Source: Polyangia bacterium (GTDB lineage: Bacteria; Myxococcota_A; Polyangia; Fen-1088). From it: a DNA stretch of 64,000 nucleotides. The translations under genes were made by a program, and so were the position numbers. How positions within the stretch are numbered: position 1 is the stretch's first letter; each line of letters starts with the position of its first letter. The notes beneath the pieces were generated by a model, which was not told the DNA's origin, ran no database searches, and was given only the letters and a program-made list of their open reading frames with translations. The stretch spans positions 6,834 to 70,833 of the forward strand of contig DATAVR010000012.1 of assembly GCA_036267635.1 (NCBI GenBank), written 5' to 3'. Positions 29,622-38,866 of this stretch are shown one piece after another.

Positions 29622-30796
29622 CGCCCGGGATTGCGGCCGAGCACGCGGCGGTAGACGGCGACGTAGCGGTCGACCGCCGGCTCGACGCGGTAGCGGGTCT
29701 CGGCGAGGCGCCGCGCGGCCGCCGAGAGGCGCGCATGAAGGGGGCCGTCGCCCAAGAGGCGACGGGCGGCGGCCGCCATCGCCTCGACGTCGCCGAGCGG
29801 ACAGAGAAAGCCGACCTCACCGTCGGGGATCACCTCCGGCAGGCCGCCGACGGCCGAGGCGATCACCGGCACGCCCGAGGCCATCGCCTCGAGGGCGGCC
29901 AGACCGAAGCTCTCGGTCTCGCTCGGGAGCAGAAAGAGATCGGCCTCGCGCAAGAGGACCGGCAGATCGATTCGCTCGCCGAGAAACTCGACGTCGGCGG
30001 CCAGGCCGAGCGCGGCGGCCATTGCGAGGGCGCGCGGGCGTTCGGGGCCGTCGCCGACCAGGCGCAGGCGGGCCGGGCGGGTGGCGCGGAGGCGCGCGAA
30101 CACCTCCACGACGTCGGGGACGCGCTTGACCGGGCGGAAGTTCGAGACGTGCACGACGACTGGCCGGTCGGGCAGCGGCCGCGGCGTCGCGCCGGCCGGA
30201 CGAAAGCGATCGGCGTCGACGAAGTTGGGGATGACGTCGATGGCCACCGTGCCAGGCACCCCCAGCGTCTCGTGGGTGGCGCGCGCCAGCCAGGCCGACG
30301 GCGTGGTGACGGCGTCGCTGGCGGCGATCGAGAACCGGGTGAGCGGCAGGAAGCTGGGATCGCTGCCGACCAGCGTGATGTCGGTGCCGTGCAGCGTGGT
30401 CACCAGCTTGGGCGCTGCTCCCGGACCTCCGGCGTCGGTGGCCAGCACCTCGCGCGCCAGGTGGGCGCTCACCGCGTGAGGGAGGGCGTAGTGCGCGTGC
30501 ACGACGTCGAGCCGCTCGCGCCGTGAGACCTCCACGATCTTCGAGGTGAGCGCCAGCGTGTAAGGCGAGTGTTTGAGCTGCGGGTAGTCGGGCGGCGCCA
30601 CCCGGTGGAAGGAGAGGTTGGGGCGCGTCGGATCGAGGCGCCCAGGGACGTCGTCGCTGAAGACGTGCACCGCGTGCCCCCGCTGCGCGAGCGAGGTGGC
30701 GATCTCCGCGGCGATGACGCCGCTGCCGCCGAAGGTCGAAAAGCAGACGATGCCGACCCGCAGCGGCGGGGCGATGTCGACGTGGCCGGCGCTCAT
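29618..30796 (-). CDS. bshA: GT4 glycosyltransferase, BshA-type (N-acetyl-alpha-D-glucosaminyl L-malate synthase)
   Basis: It aligns by eye along its whole length with Bacillus BshA as I remember it. Matching segments: RVGIVCFSTFGGSGVIAAEIATSLAQRGH, DVVHAHYALPHAVSAHLA, TTLHGTDITLVGSDPSF, VVHVSNFRPVKRVPDV, SETESFGLAALEAMASGVPVIAS. Confidence 0.88.
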   Translation of the reverse strand: MSAGHVDIAPPLRVGIVCFSTFGGSGVIAAEIATSLAQRGHAVHVFSDDVPGRLDPTRPNLSFHRVAPPDYPQLKHSPYTLALTSKIVEVSRRERLDVVHAHYALPHAVSAHLAREVLATDAGGPGAAPKLVTTLHGTDITLVGSDPSFLPLTRFSIAASDAVTTPSAWLARATHETLGVPGTVAIDVIPNFVDADRFRPAGATPRPLPDRPVVVHVSNFRPVKRVPDVVEVFARLRATRPARLRLVGDGPERPRALAMAAALGLAADVEFLGERIDLPVLLREADLFLLPSETESFGLAALEAMASGVPVIASAVGGLPEVIPDGEVGFLCPLGDVEAMAAAARRLLGDGPLHARLSAAARRLAETRYRVEPAVDRYVAVYRRVLGRNPGR

Positions 30797-32442
30797 GGCT
30801 CCAGATCCTGAAGCGCCGTCGTGAAGGGATCGGCCGCCAGCCGTTCGAACACCAGCGCCTTGAGCGCGGCGGGACCGTGCCGGCCGGCCAGCGACGGCCA
30901 GGCGTAGGCGCGCTCCTGCGGGACTCCCCCGGGGGCGAGCGCGTCGACGAGGCGTCCGAGCCGTCCGAGAGCGACGCCGTCGCGCTCGGCGAGCTTGCGG
31001 GCATAGCGCCCGGCGAGCCGGTCGAGCGCGCGGCTGACGTGGGCGCGCGTGCGCTCGGCGGCGCGCGCGAGGTTGCGATCGTGCGGATCGAGCGCGGCGA
31101 CCGTGCCGGCGAGCTGATCGATGACGGGCGCGACGTCGGTCGCGATGCGCGCGGCGAGCGCGGCGCCGCTCGGTCTCCCCGGCGCCGCGGTGCCCGGCAG
31201 GCGCGCGATCAGCTCGGCCTGCGGGCGCAGGAGATCATCGGCAGCCAGGCCGAGCTCGGCCAGACGCCGGCGCGTGTGCGCGTCGAGGCAACGGAAGCGG
31301 GCGCGCGGAACCACCAGCGGCATCGCCAAACGAAAATGCGCGTAGAGCGGCCCGAGCTGGGCGAAGTAGCTGATCTCCGCCGGGCCGCCCACGTAGGCCG
31401 CCGTCGGCAGCAGCGTGTCCTGCACGATCGGCCGCAGCAGCGCCGAGGTGGAGAAGCGGAGTGGATCGCGGGCCAGCGCCTCGGCGATCTCCGACGCCGG
31501 CCAGAGGTCGTCGCACCCGGCCAGCCGCCACGGTGCCGCGGCGCTCTCGGGGCGCGCGAGGCGGTAGCGCGGGCCGGTGGCGGCGTGGCGGTGGCCGAAG
31601 AGCAGTGCGCAGCCGGGGCGTATCGGGATCTGCTCGTCGAAACCTGCCGTCGCCAGCGCCGCGCGCCGCTCTGCGAGCCCGCGCTCGATCTCCGCCGAGC
31701 CGGCGAGCGCCTCACGGTAGACCGGGGCCGCCAGGGCGGCGACCCGCGGCTCGCGCGGATCGAAGATCAGCAGCCCCTCGTCGGCGAAGAGCGCGCCCAG
31801 CAGCCCGGCGAACGCCGACCCGAGCGGGCGTCCGGCGGTGTAGTGGGCGCGGAGCAACGCCAGCGTCTCCTGCGCCGCCGGGCCCGTGCCGAGAAGCTCG
31901 GCGAGCGCGTCGAGCAGCGCCGTCACCTGGGCGGGCAGGCGGCGGTGGGCGATCGAGACGCGCGCCTCGGCCATCGTCTCGGCGGGGAGCGCCAGCGTGA
32001 CCGGTCGGCCGCCCGAGCCGGCGACGGTCGCCGCGGCGATCTCGGCGAAGTCGTGGTCCTCGGTCTGCAGCCAGAACAGAGGGACGCAACGCAGGCCCGA
32101 TTCCGCCGAGAGCGCCCGCGCCACCGCGACCGCGGAGGCCGCCTTGTAAAATCCGTAGAGCGGCCCGAGAAAGAGCCCCACCTGCTGCCCGGTGGCGACC
32201 ACCGCCGTCCGACCGGCCGCGAGCGCGGCGAGGTTCTCGGCGCGCGCCCGGCTCTCCGGCAGCGCCGCTTGTTGCTCGCGCAGCACCGCGACGAGCTCGG
32301 CGGGGGCGCGGCGCTCGGCGGCGTTGCGCGCGCGCGCCATCCGGTCGGCCTCTGACCGGAAGTCGAGCGGAATGAAAGTTCGGGCGATCGCCTCGCCGGC
32401 GAGGTACGAGCTGGAGAATGCGCGAGCCACCGGGGGCATCAA
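30793..32442 (-). CDS. bshC: Bacillithiol biosynthesis cysteine-adding enzyme BshC-type
   Basis: 549 aa. The signature ATGQQVGLFLGPLYGFYKAASAVAVARAL...VPLFWLQTEDHDFAEI matches the BshC TGQQxGLxxGPLYxxxK...PvFW...DHD pattern. There is a 4-nt overlap with bshA. Confidence 0.85.
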   Translation of the reverse strand: MMPPVARAFSSSYLAGEAIARTFIPLDFRSEADRMARARNAAERRAPAELVAVLREQQAALPESRARAENLAALAAGRTAVVATGQQVGLFLGPLYGFYKAASAVAVARALSAESGLRCVPLFWLQTEDHDFAEIAAATVAGSGGRPVTLALPAETMAEARVSIAHRRLPAQVTALLDALAELLGTGPAAQETLALLRAHYTAGRPLGSAFAGLLGALFADEGLLIFDPREPRVAALAAPVYREALAGSAEIERGLAERRAALATAGFDEQIPIRPGCALLFGHRHAATGPRYRLARPESAAAPWRLAGCDDLWPASEIAEALARDPLRFSTSALLRPIVQDTLLPTAAYVGGPAEISYFAQLGPLYAHFRLAMPLVVPRARFRCLDAHTRRRLAELGLAADDLLRPQAELIARLPGTAAPGRPSGAALAARIATDVAPVIDQLAGTVAALDPHDRNLARAAERTRAHVSRALDRLAGRYARKLAERDGVALGRLGRLVDALAPGGVPQERAYAWPSLAGRHGPAALKALVFERLAADPFTTALQDLEP

Positions 32443-32486
32443 CTATACTCGCCCGCACCGTCGGCGCCCGCCACCCTCGATCGAAC

Positions 32487-35090
32487 ATGCGTCAGCGCAC
32501 TCTTCCCGTTATCTTTTCAATTCTCCTTTCAGTCTTCTTTTCAGTCCCGCTTTCGTTCATGTCTGGTCCCAACGCCCTCGCGGCCGGTCCCCCGCCGCAA
32601 CCAAACGCCGCGCAGATCGCGCTCGGGCTTCGCAAGCTGGGCGTGGCCGGCAGCGTCCTCTACGTCGCCGCGCACCCCGACGATGAGAGCACCGCGCTCT
32701 TGGCCTATCTGGCGAACGGCGCGCAGGTGCGCACGGCCTATCTCTCGGTCACCCGCGGTGACGGCGGGCAAAATCTGATCGGCTCGGAGCAGGGGCCGGC
32801 GCTGGGCCTCATTCGCACGCAGGAGCTGCTGGCGGCGCGCCGGATCGACGGTGCCGAGCAGTTCTTCACCCGCGCGCGCGACTTCGGTTTCTCCAAGAGC
32901 CCCGACGAAACGCTGCGCATCTGGGGCAAGGACGCCGTGCTGGCCGACGTGGTGGCGGTCATCCGCAAGTTTCGCCCCGACGTGATCGTCACCCGGTTTT
33001 CTCCCGAGCCGGCGGAGACCCACGGCCACCACACCGCCTCGGCGATCCTGGCGCTGGAGGCGTTCCACGCCGCCGCCGATCCCAAGTTCCACCCCGAGCA
33101 GCTGACCGGTGGGGTCGGGCCCTGGCAGGCGCGGCGGATCTTCTGGAACCGGTCGTCCTTCTTCATCAAGCCGACCGACGACGTGAGCGGCGACGTCAAG
33201 CTGGACGTCGACGGATACAACCCTCTTCTCGGCGAGTCGTACGGCGAGATGGCGGCCGACGGCCGCAGCATGCACAAGAGCCAGGGGTTCGGCGTGGCCC
33301 GCACGCGTACGCCCATCGTCGAGTACTTCAAGCTGCTGGCGTCGTCGGACCCGAAGGAGAAGGCGGCGGGCAAGCCGCTCAGCGGAATCCTGGACGGCGT
33401 CGACGTCACGCTGAGGCGCTTCAGCGGCGCGACGCGGCTGCGCGGCCTCGTCGACAAGGCGATCGCGAAGTTCGATCTCGCCGCGCCGGCCGCCTCGGTG
33501 CCGGCGCTGGTCGCCATCGACGGCGCCCTGGAGGAGATCCACGACGCCGGCTGGCGTGCGGAGAAGCAACGCGAGGTGACCGATCTGGTCGTCGCCTGCG
33601 CGGGGCTGTTCGTCGATGCGACGGCCGCCGACTACCGCGCGGCGCCCGGGACGGCCGTCGAGGTCACGGCGACCGCCGTCGATCGCTCGCCGGTGGCGGT
33701 GACGCTCGACGAGGTCCGGTTCCCGTTCGAGGCGAGCGGTCACGACGTCGCGCACAAGCTCGGAGTGCCGAAACAGGACGGCCAGAAGATCGCCGGCGCC
33801 GCGACCCCCTTCGAGCTCAAACAGAGCGTGAAGCTGCCGGCCGATCTCGCGCCGACGACGCCCTACTGGCTGGAGGCTCCGCCCGAGGCCGGTCTCTACC
33901 ACGCCGATTCGGCTTTCATTGGGCTGCCCGAACGCGCCTCGCCCGTCGAGGTCAGGTTCGTCTTCGGTATCGGCGGGCGCAAATTCACCGTCGCGCGTCC
34001 GGTCAGCTACAGGTGGACCGACCCGGTGATGGGCGAACGCTATCGCCCGCTGGAGGTGACGCCGGCGGTCTCCGTTCGCCCCGAGACGTCCGTGTTGATG
34101 TTCCCCCGCGGGATGGTCCAGACGCTGACAGTGCGTCTGGTGGCCGGCGTCCCGTCGGCGGCCGGCGTTCTGCGACCGGAGGCTCCCGCCGGCTGGACCG
34201 TCGAGCCGTCGTCCGCTCCGTTTGCCCTCGGGGCCATCGGGAGCGAGGCGGCGCTGACCTTCCGCGTGCGCAACAATGCCGGCGCCGGAAAGTCACCGGC
34301 TCCGGCGCTCCTGCAGGTGGTCGCCGAGACGGGTGGCGCTCGGCTCTCGCGAGGCGTGGTCCGGATCGAGCACCCGCACATTCCGATCCAGACCTACCTG
34401 GTCGACGCCGGCGTGCGGCTGGTTCCGCTCGACCTCGCCATCGCGGGGAAGCGGATCGGCTACATCCCGGGACCGGGCGACGAGGTTCCGGCCAGCCTGC
34501 GGCAGGTCGGTTACGACGTGACGCTCCTCGGTGATGAGGCGCTGGCGGGCGGCGCGCCGGCGCTGGCCCGCTTCGATGCGGTGGTCGTCGGCGTGCGCGC
34601 GTTCAACACCAATGAGCGGCTGCGGGCCGCGCACGCGGCGCTCATGGCCTACGTCGACGGCGGTGGGGCTCTGCTGCTGCAGTACAACACCAACAACCGG
34701 ATCGCCCCACTGACGGCCCCCCTCGGCCCCTGGCCGTTCGACATCGGCCAGAAGCGGGTCACCGACGAGACGGCGGCGGTGACGTTCACGATGCCCGGTC
34801 ATCCCGCGCTCACGACGCCGAACGTGATCGGCGCCGCCGACTTCGAGGGGTGGATTCAGGAACGCGGTCTCTACTTCGCCGACAAGTGGGACGGCCACTA
34901 CCAGACTCCGCTCGCGATGCACGATCCCGGCGAGCCGCCCCAGGCCGGCAGCTTGCTCTGGGCGCGCTACGGAAAGGGGACGTTCGTCTACACCGGGCTG
35001 GCGTTCTTCCGGCAGCTTCCGGCCGGCGTCCCGGGCGCCTATCGCCTGTTCGCCAACCTGCTGGCGGCGGGGCACGCGCCGGGCAAGTGA
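32487..35090 (+). CDS. Large PIG-L/LmbE family deacetylase with an N-terminal signal peptide and a long C-terminal extension (ThuA/GATase-like end)
   Basis: The ATG at 32487 gives MRQRTLPVIFSILLSVFFSVPLSFMSGPNALAAG. LmbE motif LYVAAHPDDESTALLAYL...TRGDGGQN...HGHH. The C-terminal FDAVVVGVRAFNTNERL...YVDGGGALLLQYN resembles ThuA-like/class-I amidotransferase folds. Confidence 0.85.
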   Translation: MRQRTLPVIFSILLSVFFSVPLSFMSGPNALAAGPPPQPNAAQIALGLRKLGVAGSVLYVAAHPDDESTALLAYLANGAQVRTAYLSVTRGDGGQNLIGSEQGPALGLIRTQELLAARRIDGAEQFFTRARDFGFSKSPDETLRIWGKDAVLADVVAVIRKFRPDVIVTRFSPEPAETHGHHTASAILALEAFHAAADPKFHPEQLTGGVGPWQARRIFWNRSSFFIKPTDDVSGDVKLDVDGYNPLLGESYGEMAADGRSMHKSQGFGVARTRTPIVEYFKLLASSDPKEKAAGKPLSGILDGVDVTLRRFSGATRLRGLVDKAIAKFDLAAPAASVPALVAIDGALEEIHDAGWRAEKQREVTDLVVACAGLFVDATAADYRAAPGTAVEVTATAVDRSPVAVTLDEVRFPFEASGHDVAHKLGVPKQDGQKIAGAATPFELKQSVKLPADLAPTTPYWLEAPPEAGLYHADSAFIGLPERASPVEVRFVFGIGGRKFTVARPVSYRWTDPVMGERYRPLEVTPAVSVRPETSVLMFPRGMVQTLTVRLVAGVPSAAGVLRPEAPAGWTVEPSSAPFALGAIGSEAALTFRVRNNAGAGKSPAPALLQVVAETGGARLSRGVVRIEHPHIPIQTYLVDAGVRLVPLDLAIAGKRIGYIPGPGDEVPASLRQVGYDVTLLGDEALAGGAPALARFDAVVVGVRAFNTNERLRAAHAALMAYVDGGGALLLQYNTNNRIAPLTAPLGPWPFDIGQKRVTDETAAVTFTMPGHPALTTPNVIGAADFEGWIQERGLYFADKWDGHYQTPLAMHDPGEPPQAGSLLWARYGKGTFVYTGLAFFRQLPAGVPGAYRLFANLLAAGHAPGK

Positions 35091-35116
35091 GCGACGAGAG
35101 TTAGGAAGAGAGCTAG

Positions 35117-35293
35117 ATGGACGCGATGGACGGCGGCGCCAGAGCGCCCGGAGACAGCGGTGACGGCGGCGACCGCGCCGAGATGCACGACGCCCCGCCG
35201 TTCCTGACCTGGCGCGCGATCTACCTGGTCGTCCTCGGCGCGCTGGCGCTCGAGATCGTGCTCGCCGCGGTTCTGACGCTGGTCGCGCGTTGA
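35117..35293 (+). CDS. Small single-TM protein (58 aa) translationally coupled to the symporter
   Basis: My own translation: MDAMDGGARAPGDSGDGGDRAEMHDAPPFLTWRAIYLVVLGALALEIVLAAVLTLVAR. Its TGA overlaps the TTG start of the symporter (TTGA). It is below the ORF-track length cutoff. Confidence 0.5.
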   Translation: MDAMDGGARAPGDSGDGGDRAEMHDAPPFLTWRAIYLVVLGALALEIVLAAVLTLVAR

Positions 35294-37005
35294 GCGCCGT
35301 CGACTGGGCGGTCCTGTTCGGGACGCTGGCGGCGATCGTCGGCTACGGGATCTGGAAGACGCGTGGCCCGTCGAACATGACGGACTACGTCCACGGCGGT
35401 TACCGCGACCGCTGGTTGACGATCGGTCTCGGCGTGATGGCGACGCAGGCCTCCGCCATCACCTTCCTCTCGATGCCGGGGCAGGCCTACGAAGACGGCA
35501 TGCGCTTCCTGCAGTTCTACTTCGGCCTGCCGGTAGCGATGGTGATCCTCTCCGTCGCCTTCATCCCGCGGTTCTACCGGATGCGGGTGCTGACGGCGTA
35601 CGAGTACCTCGAGGGGCGCTTCGACCTCAAGACGCGTCAGTTGGCGGCGCTCCTGTTCCTGCTTCAGCGCGGCCTCTCGGCCGGGATCACCATCTACGCG
35701 CCGGCGATCGTCCTCTCCAAGGTGCTCGGCTGGCCGTTGAACCTGACCTGCCTGGTGATCGGCGGCCTCGTCATCCTCTACACCGTCGCGGGCGGCACCC
35801 GCGCGGTGAGCCAGACGCAGAAGCACCAGATGGTGGTGATGCTCGGCGGGATGGTGGTGGCGTTCGTGGTCATCGTCCACCGGCTGCCGGCCGAGCTTTC
35901 GCTCCGCCACGCGGTCGCGGTCGCCGGGACGCTGGGCAAGATGAACGTGGTCGATTTCTCGCCCCAGCTCGGGAACCGCTACACCTTCTGGTCGGGCCTG
36001 ACCGGCGGCGGCTTCCTGGCCATGGCCTACTTCGGCACCGATCAGTCGCAGGTGCAGCGATATCTGTCGGCGCGCTCGGTCACGGAGAGCCGGATGGGCC
36101 TCTTGTTCAACGGCCTGCTCAAGGTCCCGATGCAGTTTCTGATCCTCTTCGTCGGCGTGATGGTCTTCGTCTTCTATCAATTCAATGCGCCGCCGCTGTT
36201 CTTCAACGAGTCGGAGCTGGCGCGCGTCGCCCGGACGCCCCACGCGGCGGAGATGCGCGCGCTCGAGGCCGAGCATCAGGTGACGTTCGCCAAGAAGCGC
36301 GTCGAGGTGTCGCGGCTGGCGGCGGCGCTCGACGCGGGCGACGCGGTTGCGGTCGCCGACGCCCGCGCCCGCGTGCGCGCGGCGGCGGTGGGCGACGAGG
36401 CGGTCCGGGAGAAGGCGCGGACGCTCATCGCCGCGGCGCTGCCGCAGCCGGAGACCCACGACGCCGACTACGTCTTCCTGTCGTTCGTGATGGCGAACCT
36501 GCCACGGGGCCTCATCGGACTTCTGCTGGCGGTGATCCTCTGCGCCGCCATGTCGTCGACGGCCAGCGAGCTGACCGCGCTCGGCGGCTGCACGGTGGTC
36601 GACTTCTACCGGCGCAGCTTTCGCCCCCACGCCACCGATGCGCACTACCTACGGGTCGCCAAGATCGCCACCGGCGTCTGGGGCCTGCTGGCGGTGGCGT
36701 TCGCCGGCTTCGCCTCGCTGGTCGACAACCTGATCCAGGCGGTCAACATCCTCGGCTCGCTGTTCTACGGGACGATCCTGGGGATCTTCCTGGCCGCGTT
36801 CTTCTTCCGCCGGCTGCGGGCGACGCCGGTCTTTGTGGCGGCGATCGGCTCGGAGGCGCTGGTCATCGCGCTTTGGCTCTGGACCGGGATCGGCTTCCTC
36901 TGGTTCAACGTGATCGGCTGCGTCGCCGTGCTGCTCTTGTCATCCGTCCTGAGCGGGTCAGACTTCGGCCGCCACTCCACCCCGACCACGGAGACAACCC
37001 CATGA
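35290..37005 (+). CDS. Sodium:solute symporter (SSS/SSF) family transporter
   Basis: 571 aa with about 13 hydrophobic helices. N-terminal SSF-like region: GGYRDRWLTIGLGVMATQASAITFLSMPGQAY. The substrate is unknown. Confidence 0.9.
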   Translation: MSAVDWAVLFGTLAAIVGYGIWKTRGPSNMTDYVHGGYRDRWLTIGLGVMATQASAITFLSMPGQAYEDGMRFLQFYFGLPVAMVILSVAFIPRFYRMRVLTAYEYLEGRFDLKTRQLAALLFLLQRGLSAGITIYAPAIVLSKVLGWPLNLTCLVIGGLVILYTVAGGTRAVSQTQKHQMVVMLGGMVVAFVVIVHRLPAELSLRHAVAVAGTLGKMNVVDFSPQLGNRYTFWSGLTGGGFLAMAYFGTDQSQVQRYLSARSVTESRMGLLFNGLLKVPMQFLILFVGVMVFVFYQFNAPPLFFNESELARVARTPHAAEMRALEAEHQVTFAKKRVEVSRLAAALDAGDAVAVADARARVRAAAVGDEAVREKARTLIAAALPQPETHDADYVFLSFVMANLPRGLIGLLLAVILCAAMSSTASELTALGGCTVVDFYRRSFRPHATDAHYLRVAKIATGVWGLLAVAFAGFASLVDNLIQAVNILGSLFYGTILGIFLAAFFFRRLRATPVFVAAIGSEALVIALWLWTGIGFLWFNVIGCVAVLLLSSVLSGSDFGRHSTPTTETTP

Positions 37006-37592
37006 AGACGCGCTCCCCCCTCCTCATTGCCGCGATGGTCATGCTCGGCCTGGCGGGCTTCGTCGCGCCCGCGCAGGCCAAAAAGGCCGCCGCGCCGGCC
37101 GCCGCCAGCAACGGGTTCCAGACCGACTTCCTCGCGCTGCTCGACGACGTGCAGAAGAAGATCCTCTCGCTGGAGGACGCCGTCCCGCAGGACAAGTTCA
37201 AGTGGCGGCCGGCCCCCGGCGTCCGCTCGATCTCCGAAGCCTTCCTGCACATCGCCTACGGAAACTACGGCTTCATCAAAGGCGCTACCGGCAAGGCGCC
37301 GCCGGCGGAGGTCGGCTGGGAGACGGACCGCGCCAAGTGGGACGCCAAGACCACGGACAAGGCAGAGATCAAGAAGACGCTCGAAGCGTCGTTCGAACAG
37401 GTACGCGCGGTCATGAAGGACGTCAAGGACGCGGACCTCGACAAGAAGGTCACCGTGTTCGGCCACGACATGACGGAGCGCGCGGTCTGGATGGCGCTCA
37501 TCGGCCACCTGAACGAGCACATGGGGCAGGAGGTCGCTTACGCCCGCGCCAACGGCGTCGTCCCGCCCTGGAGCATGCCCCAAGGTGGGTGA
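37002..37592 (+). CDS. DinB family protein with a signal peptide
   Basis: The ATG at 37002 overlaps the symporter stop (ATGA). Signal peptide LLIAAMVMLGLAGFVAPAQA. DinB-type His positions: FLHIAYGNY and IGHLNEHMGQ. Confidence 0.82.
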   Translation: MKTRSPLLIAAMVMLGLAGFVAPAQAKKAAAPAAASNGFQTDFLALLDDVQKKILSLEDAVPQDKFKWRPAPGVRSISEAFLHIAYGNYGFIKGATGKAPPAEVGWETDRAKWDAKTTDKAEIKKTLEASFEQVRAVMKDVKDADLDKKVTVFGHDMTERAVWMALIGHLNEHMGQEVAYARANGVVPPWSMPQGG

Positions 37593-37610
37593 CCGGGTGA
37601 CTGGGTGACC
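37587..37610. repeat. 8-bp tandem repeat GGGTGACY x3 spanning the DinB stop codon
   Basis: GGGTGACC GGGTGACT GGGTGACC at 37587-37610. It is followed by the dyad GACGGC-gtccaa-GCCGTC (37620-37637), which lies between convergent genes. Confidence 0.8.
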
Positions 37611-37639
37611 GCTGCCGCCGACGGCGTCCAAGCCGTCCG

Positions 37640-38470
37640 CTACCGCGCCGTCCAGCCGCCGTCGATGAGCAGCGTGGTGCCGGTGATCATCGCGGCCGCC
37701 GGCGAGCAGAGAAAGACGACGGCGGCCGCCACGTCCGGTGGCTCGCCGACGCGGCCGAGCGGGATGCGCGCCAGCAGATCGCGCCGGAAGTTTTCGTCGT
37801 CCAGCCATTTGACCGTGCCGGGGGTGCGGACGAAGGTCGGAGCGACGGCGTTGACGTTGATGCCGTGCGCGGCCCACTCGACCGCCAGGCACTTGGTCAG
37901 GTGGGCGATGGCCGCCTTGGTCATGCAGTAGATCGACTCGGTCGGCAGCGCGACGAAGCCGGCCTGCGAGCTGAGGTTGACGATCCGGCCGCCGCGGCCG
38001 GCCGCGATCATGGCCCGTCCCACCGCCTGGCTGACGAAGAAGGTCCCTTTGAGGTTCACCGCCAGCGTGGCGTCGAAGTCGGCCTCGGTCACCGTCAGGG
38101 CGGGGTTGGGGGGCCCGATGCCAGCGTTGTTGACCAGGATGTCGAGGGGGCCGAGCTGGCGGATTGCCTCGGCCACCGCCGGCGCGATCTCGGCGGGCCG
38201 CGCGACGTCCATCTGCAAGGGGAGGGCGCGCCGGCCAAGCGCACGGACGGCCTCGGCGACGTCACCCCCGGCCCGGACGTCGCGAAATCCGAGCGCGACG
38301 TCGGCGCCGGCGCGGGCCAGCGCGATCGCGGCGGCGCGGCCGATCCCGCGCGCGGCCCCGGTCACGAGCGCGATCTGGCCGGCGACGTCGAAGGCGGGGG
38401 TGGCGTCGCGTGTGTCATCGCGAGTGGCGTCGCGTGTGTCATCGGGAGCCAGCGGCGGGATTTCGTTCAT
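37640..38470 (-). CDS. Short-chain dehydrogenase/reductase (SDR) family oxidoreductase
   Basis: Motifs: VTGAARGIGRAAA (TGxxxGIG), NNAG, YCMTKAAIAHLTK (YxxxK). The N-terminus carries the duplicated octapeptide DDTRDATR/DDTRDATP. Confidence 0.95.
   Translation of the reverse strand: MNEIPPLAPDDTRDATRDDTRDATPAFDVAGQIALVTGAARGIGRAAAIALARAGADVALGFRDVRAGGDVAEAVRALGRRALPLQMDVARPAEIAPAVAEAIRQLGPLDILVNNAGIGPPNPALTVTEADFDATLAVNLKGTFFVSQAVGRAMIAAGRGGRIVNLSSQAGFVALPTESIYCMTKAAIAHLTKCLAVEWAAHGINVNAVAPTFVRTPGTVKWLDDENFRRDLLARIPLGRVGEPPDVAAAVVFLCSPAAAMITGTTLLIDGGWTAR
38401..38448 (-). repeat. In-frame 24-bp tandem duplication at the 5' end of the SDR gene
   Basis: TGGCGTCGCGTGTGTCATCGCGAG followed by TGGCGTCGCGTGTGTCATCGGGAG (1 mismatch). 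Confidence 0.9.
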
Positions 38471-38570
38471 CCCGTGACGTTATCGCGTAACCGGGCCTGG
38501 GGGCGCGCGTAGCACCTTCCGAACACGAACCGGGCCCCGGTGGCCCTCGAACCAAAACCAGGAGAGAGAC

Positions 38571-38813
38571 ATGAGCATCAAGGGAGCAATGATCGCCGCT
38601 TCGGTGGCCGGGCTGTTCACGATGGGCATCGCGGGCGTCGCCTCGGCGAAGAAGGGGGAGGTGATGTGCAGCGGCGTCAACGCCTGCAAGGGGCAGAGCG
38701 CCTGCAAGGGGGGCGACAACTCTTGCAAGGGGAAGAACGGCTGCAAGGGGCAGGGGAACATGAAGATGAGCAAGGACGACTGCACCGCCAAGGGCGGAAA
38801 GGCCGTCAAGTAA
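38571..38813 (+). CDS. bufA: Sec-signal six-cysteine RiPP precursor peptide (bufferin BufA2-like)
   Basis: RBS AGGAGAGAG is 5 nt upstream of the ATG. Signal peptide MSIKGAMIAASVAGLFTMGIAGVASA. The 54-aa core is KKGEVMCSGVNACKGQSACKGGDNSCKGKNGCKGQGNMKMSKDDCTAKGGKAVK, with exactly 6 Cys and four C-K-G repeats. It lies directly upstream of the DUF692 and DUF2063 genes. The gene symbol is by analogy only. Confidence 0.85.
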   Translation: MSIKGAMIAASVAGLFTMGIAGVASAKKGEVMCSGVNACKGQSACKGGDNSCKGKNGCKGQGNMKMSKDDCTAKGGKAVK

Positions 38814-38824
38814 CGCGGACCTGG

Positions 38825-38848
38825 CCGGCGGCGCCTGGGCGCTGCCGG
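38825..38848 (+). promoter_or_regulatory. Intercistronic hairpin between the precursor and the MNIO gene
   Basis: CCGGCGGCGC-ctgg-GCGCTGCCGG forms a 10-bp stem (one G-U pair) with a 4-nt loop. It starts 12 nt after the precursor stop. Confidence 0.4.
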
Positions 38849-38866
38849 TCGTCGATTTGCGCCGAG

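Noticed and set aside
38495-38520. Sigma-54-like element CTGGGGGCGCGCGTAGCA upstream of the RiPP precursor
   Set aside because: The GG/GC spacing can be forced, but the -24 element lacks TGGCAC character and the -12 element is TAGC rather than TTGC. It is too weak to call without a PSSM score.
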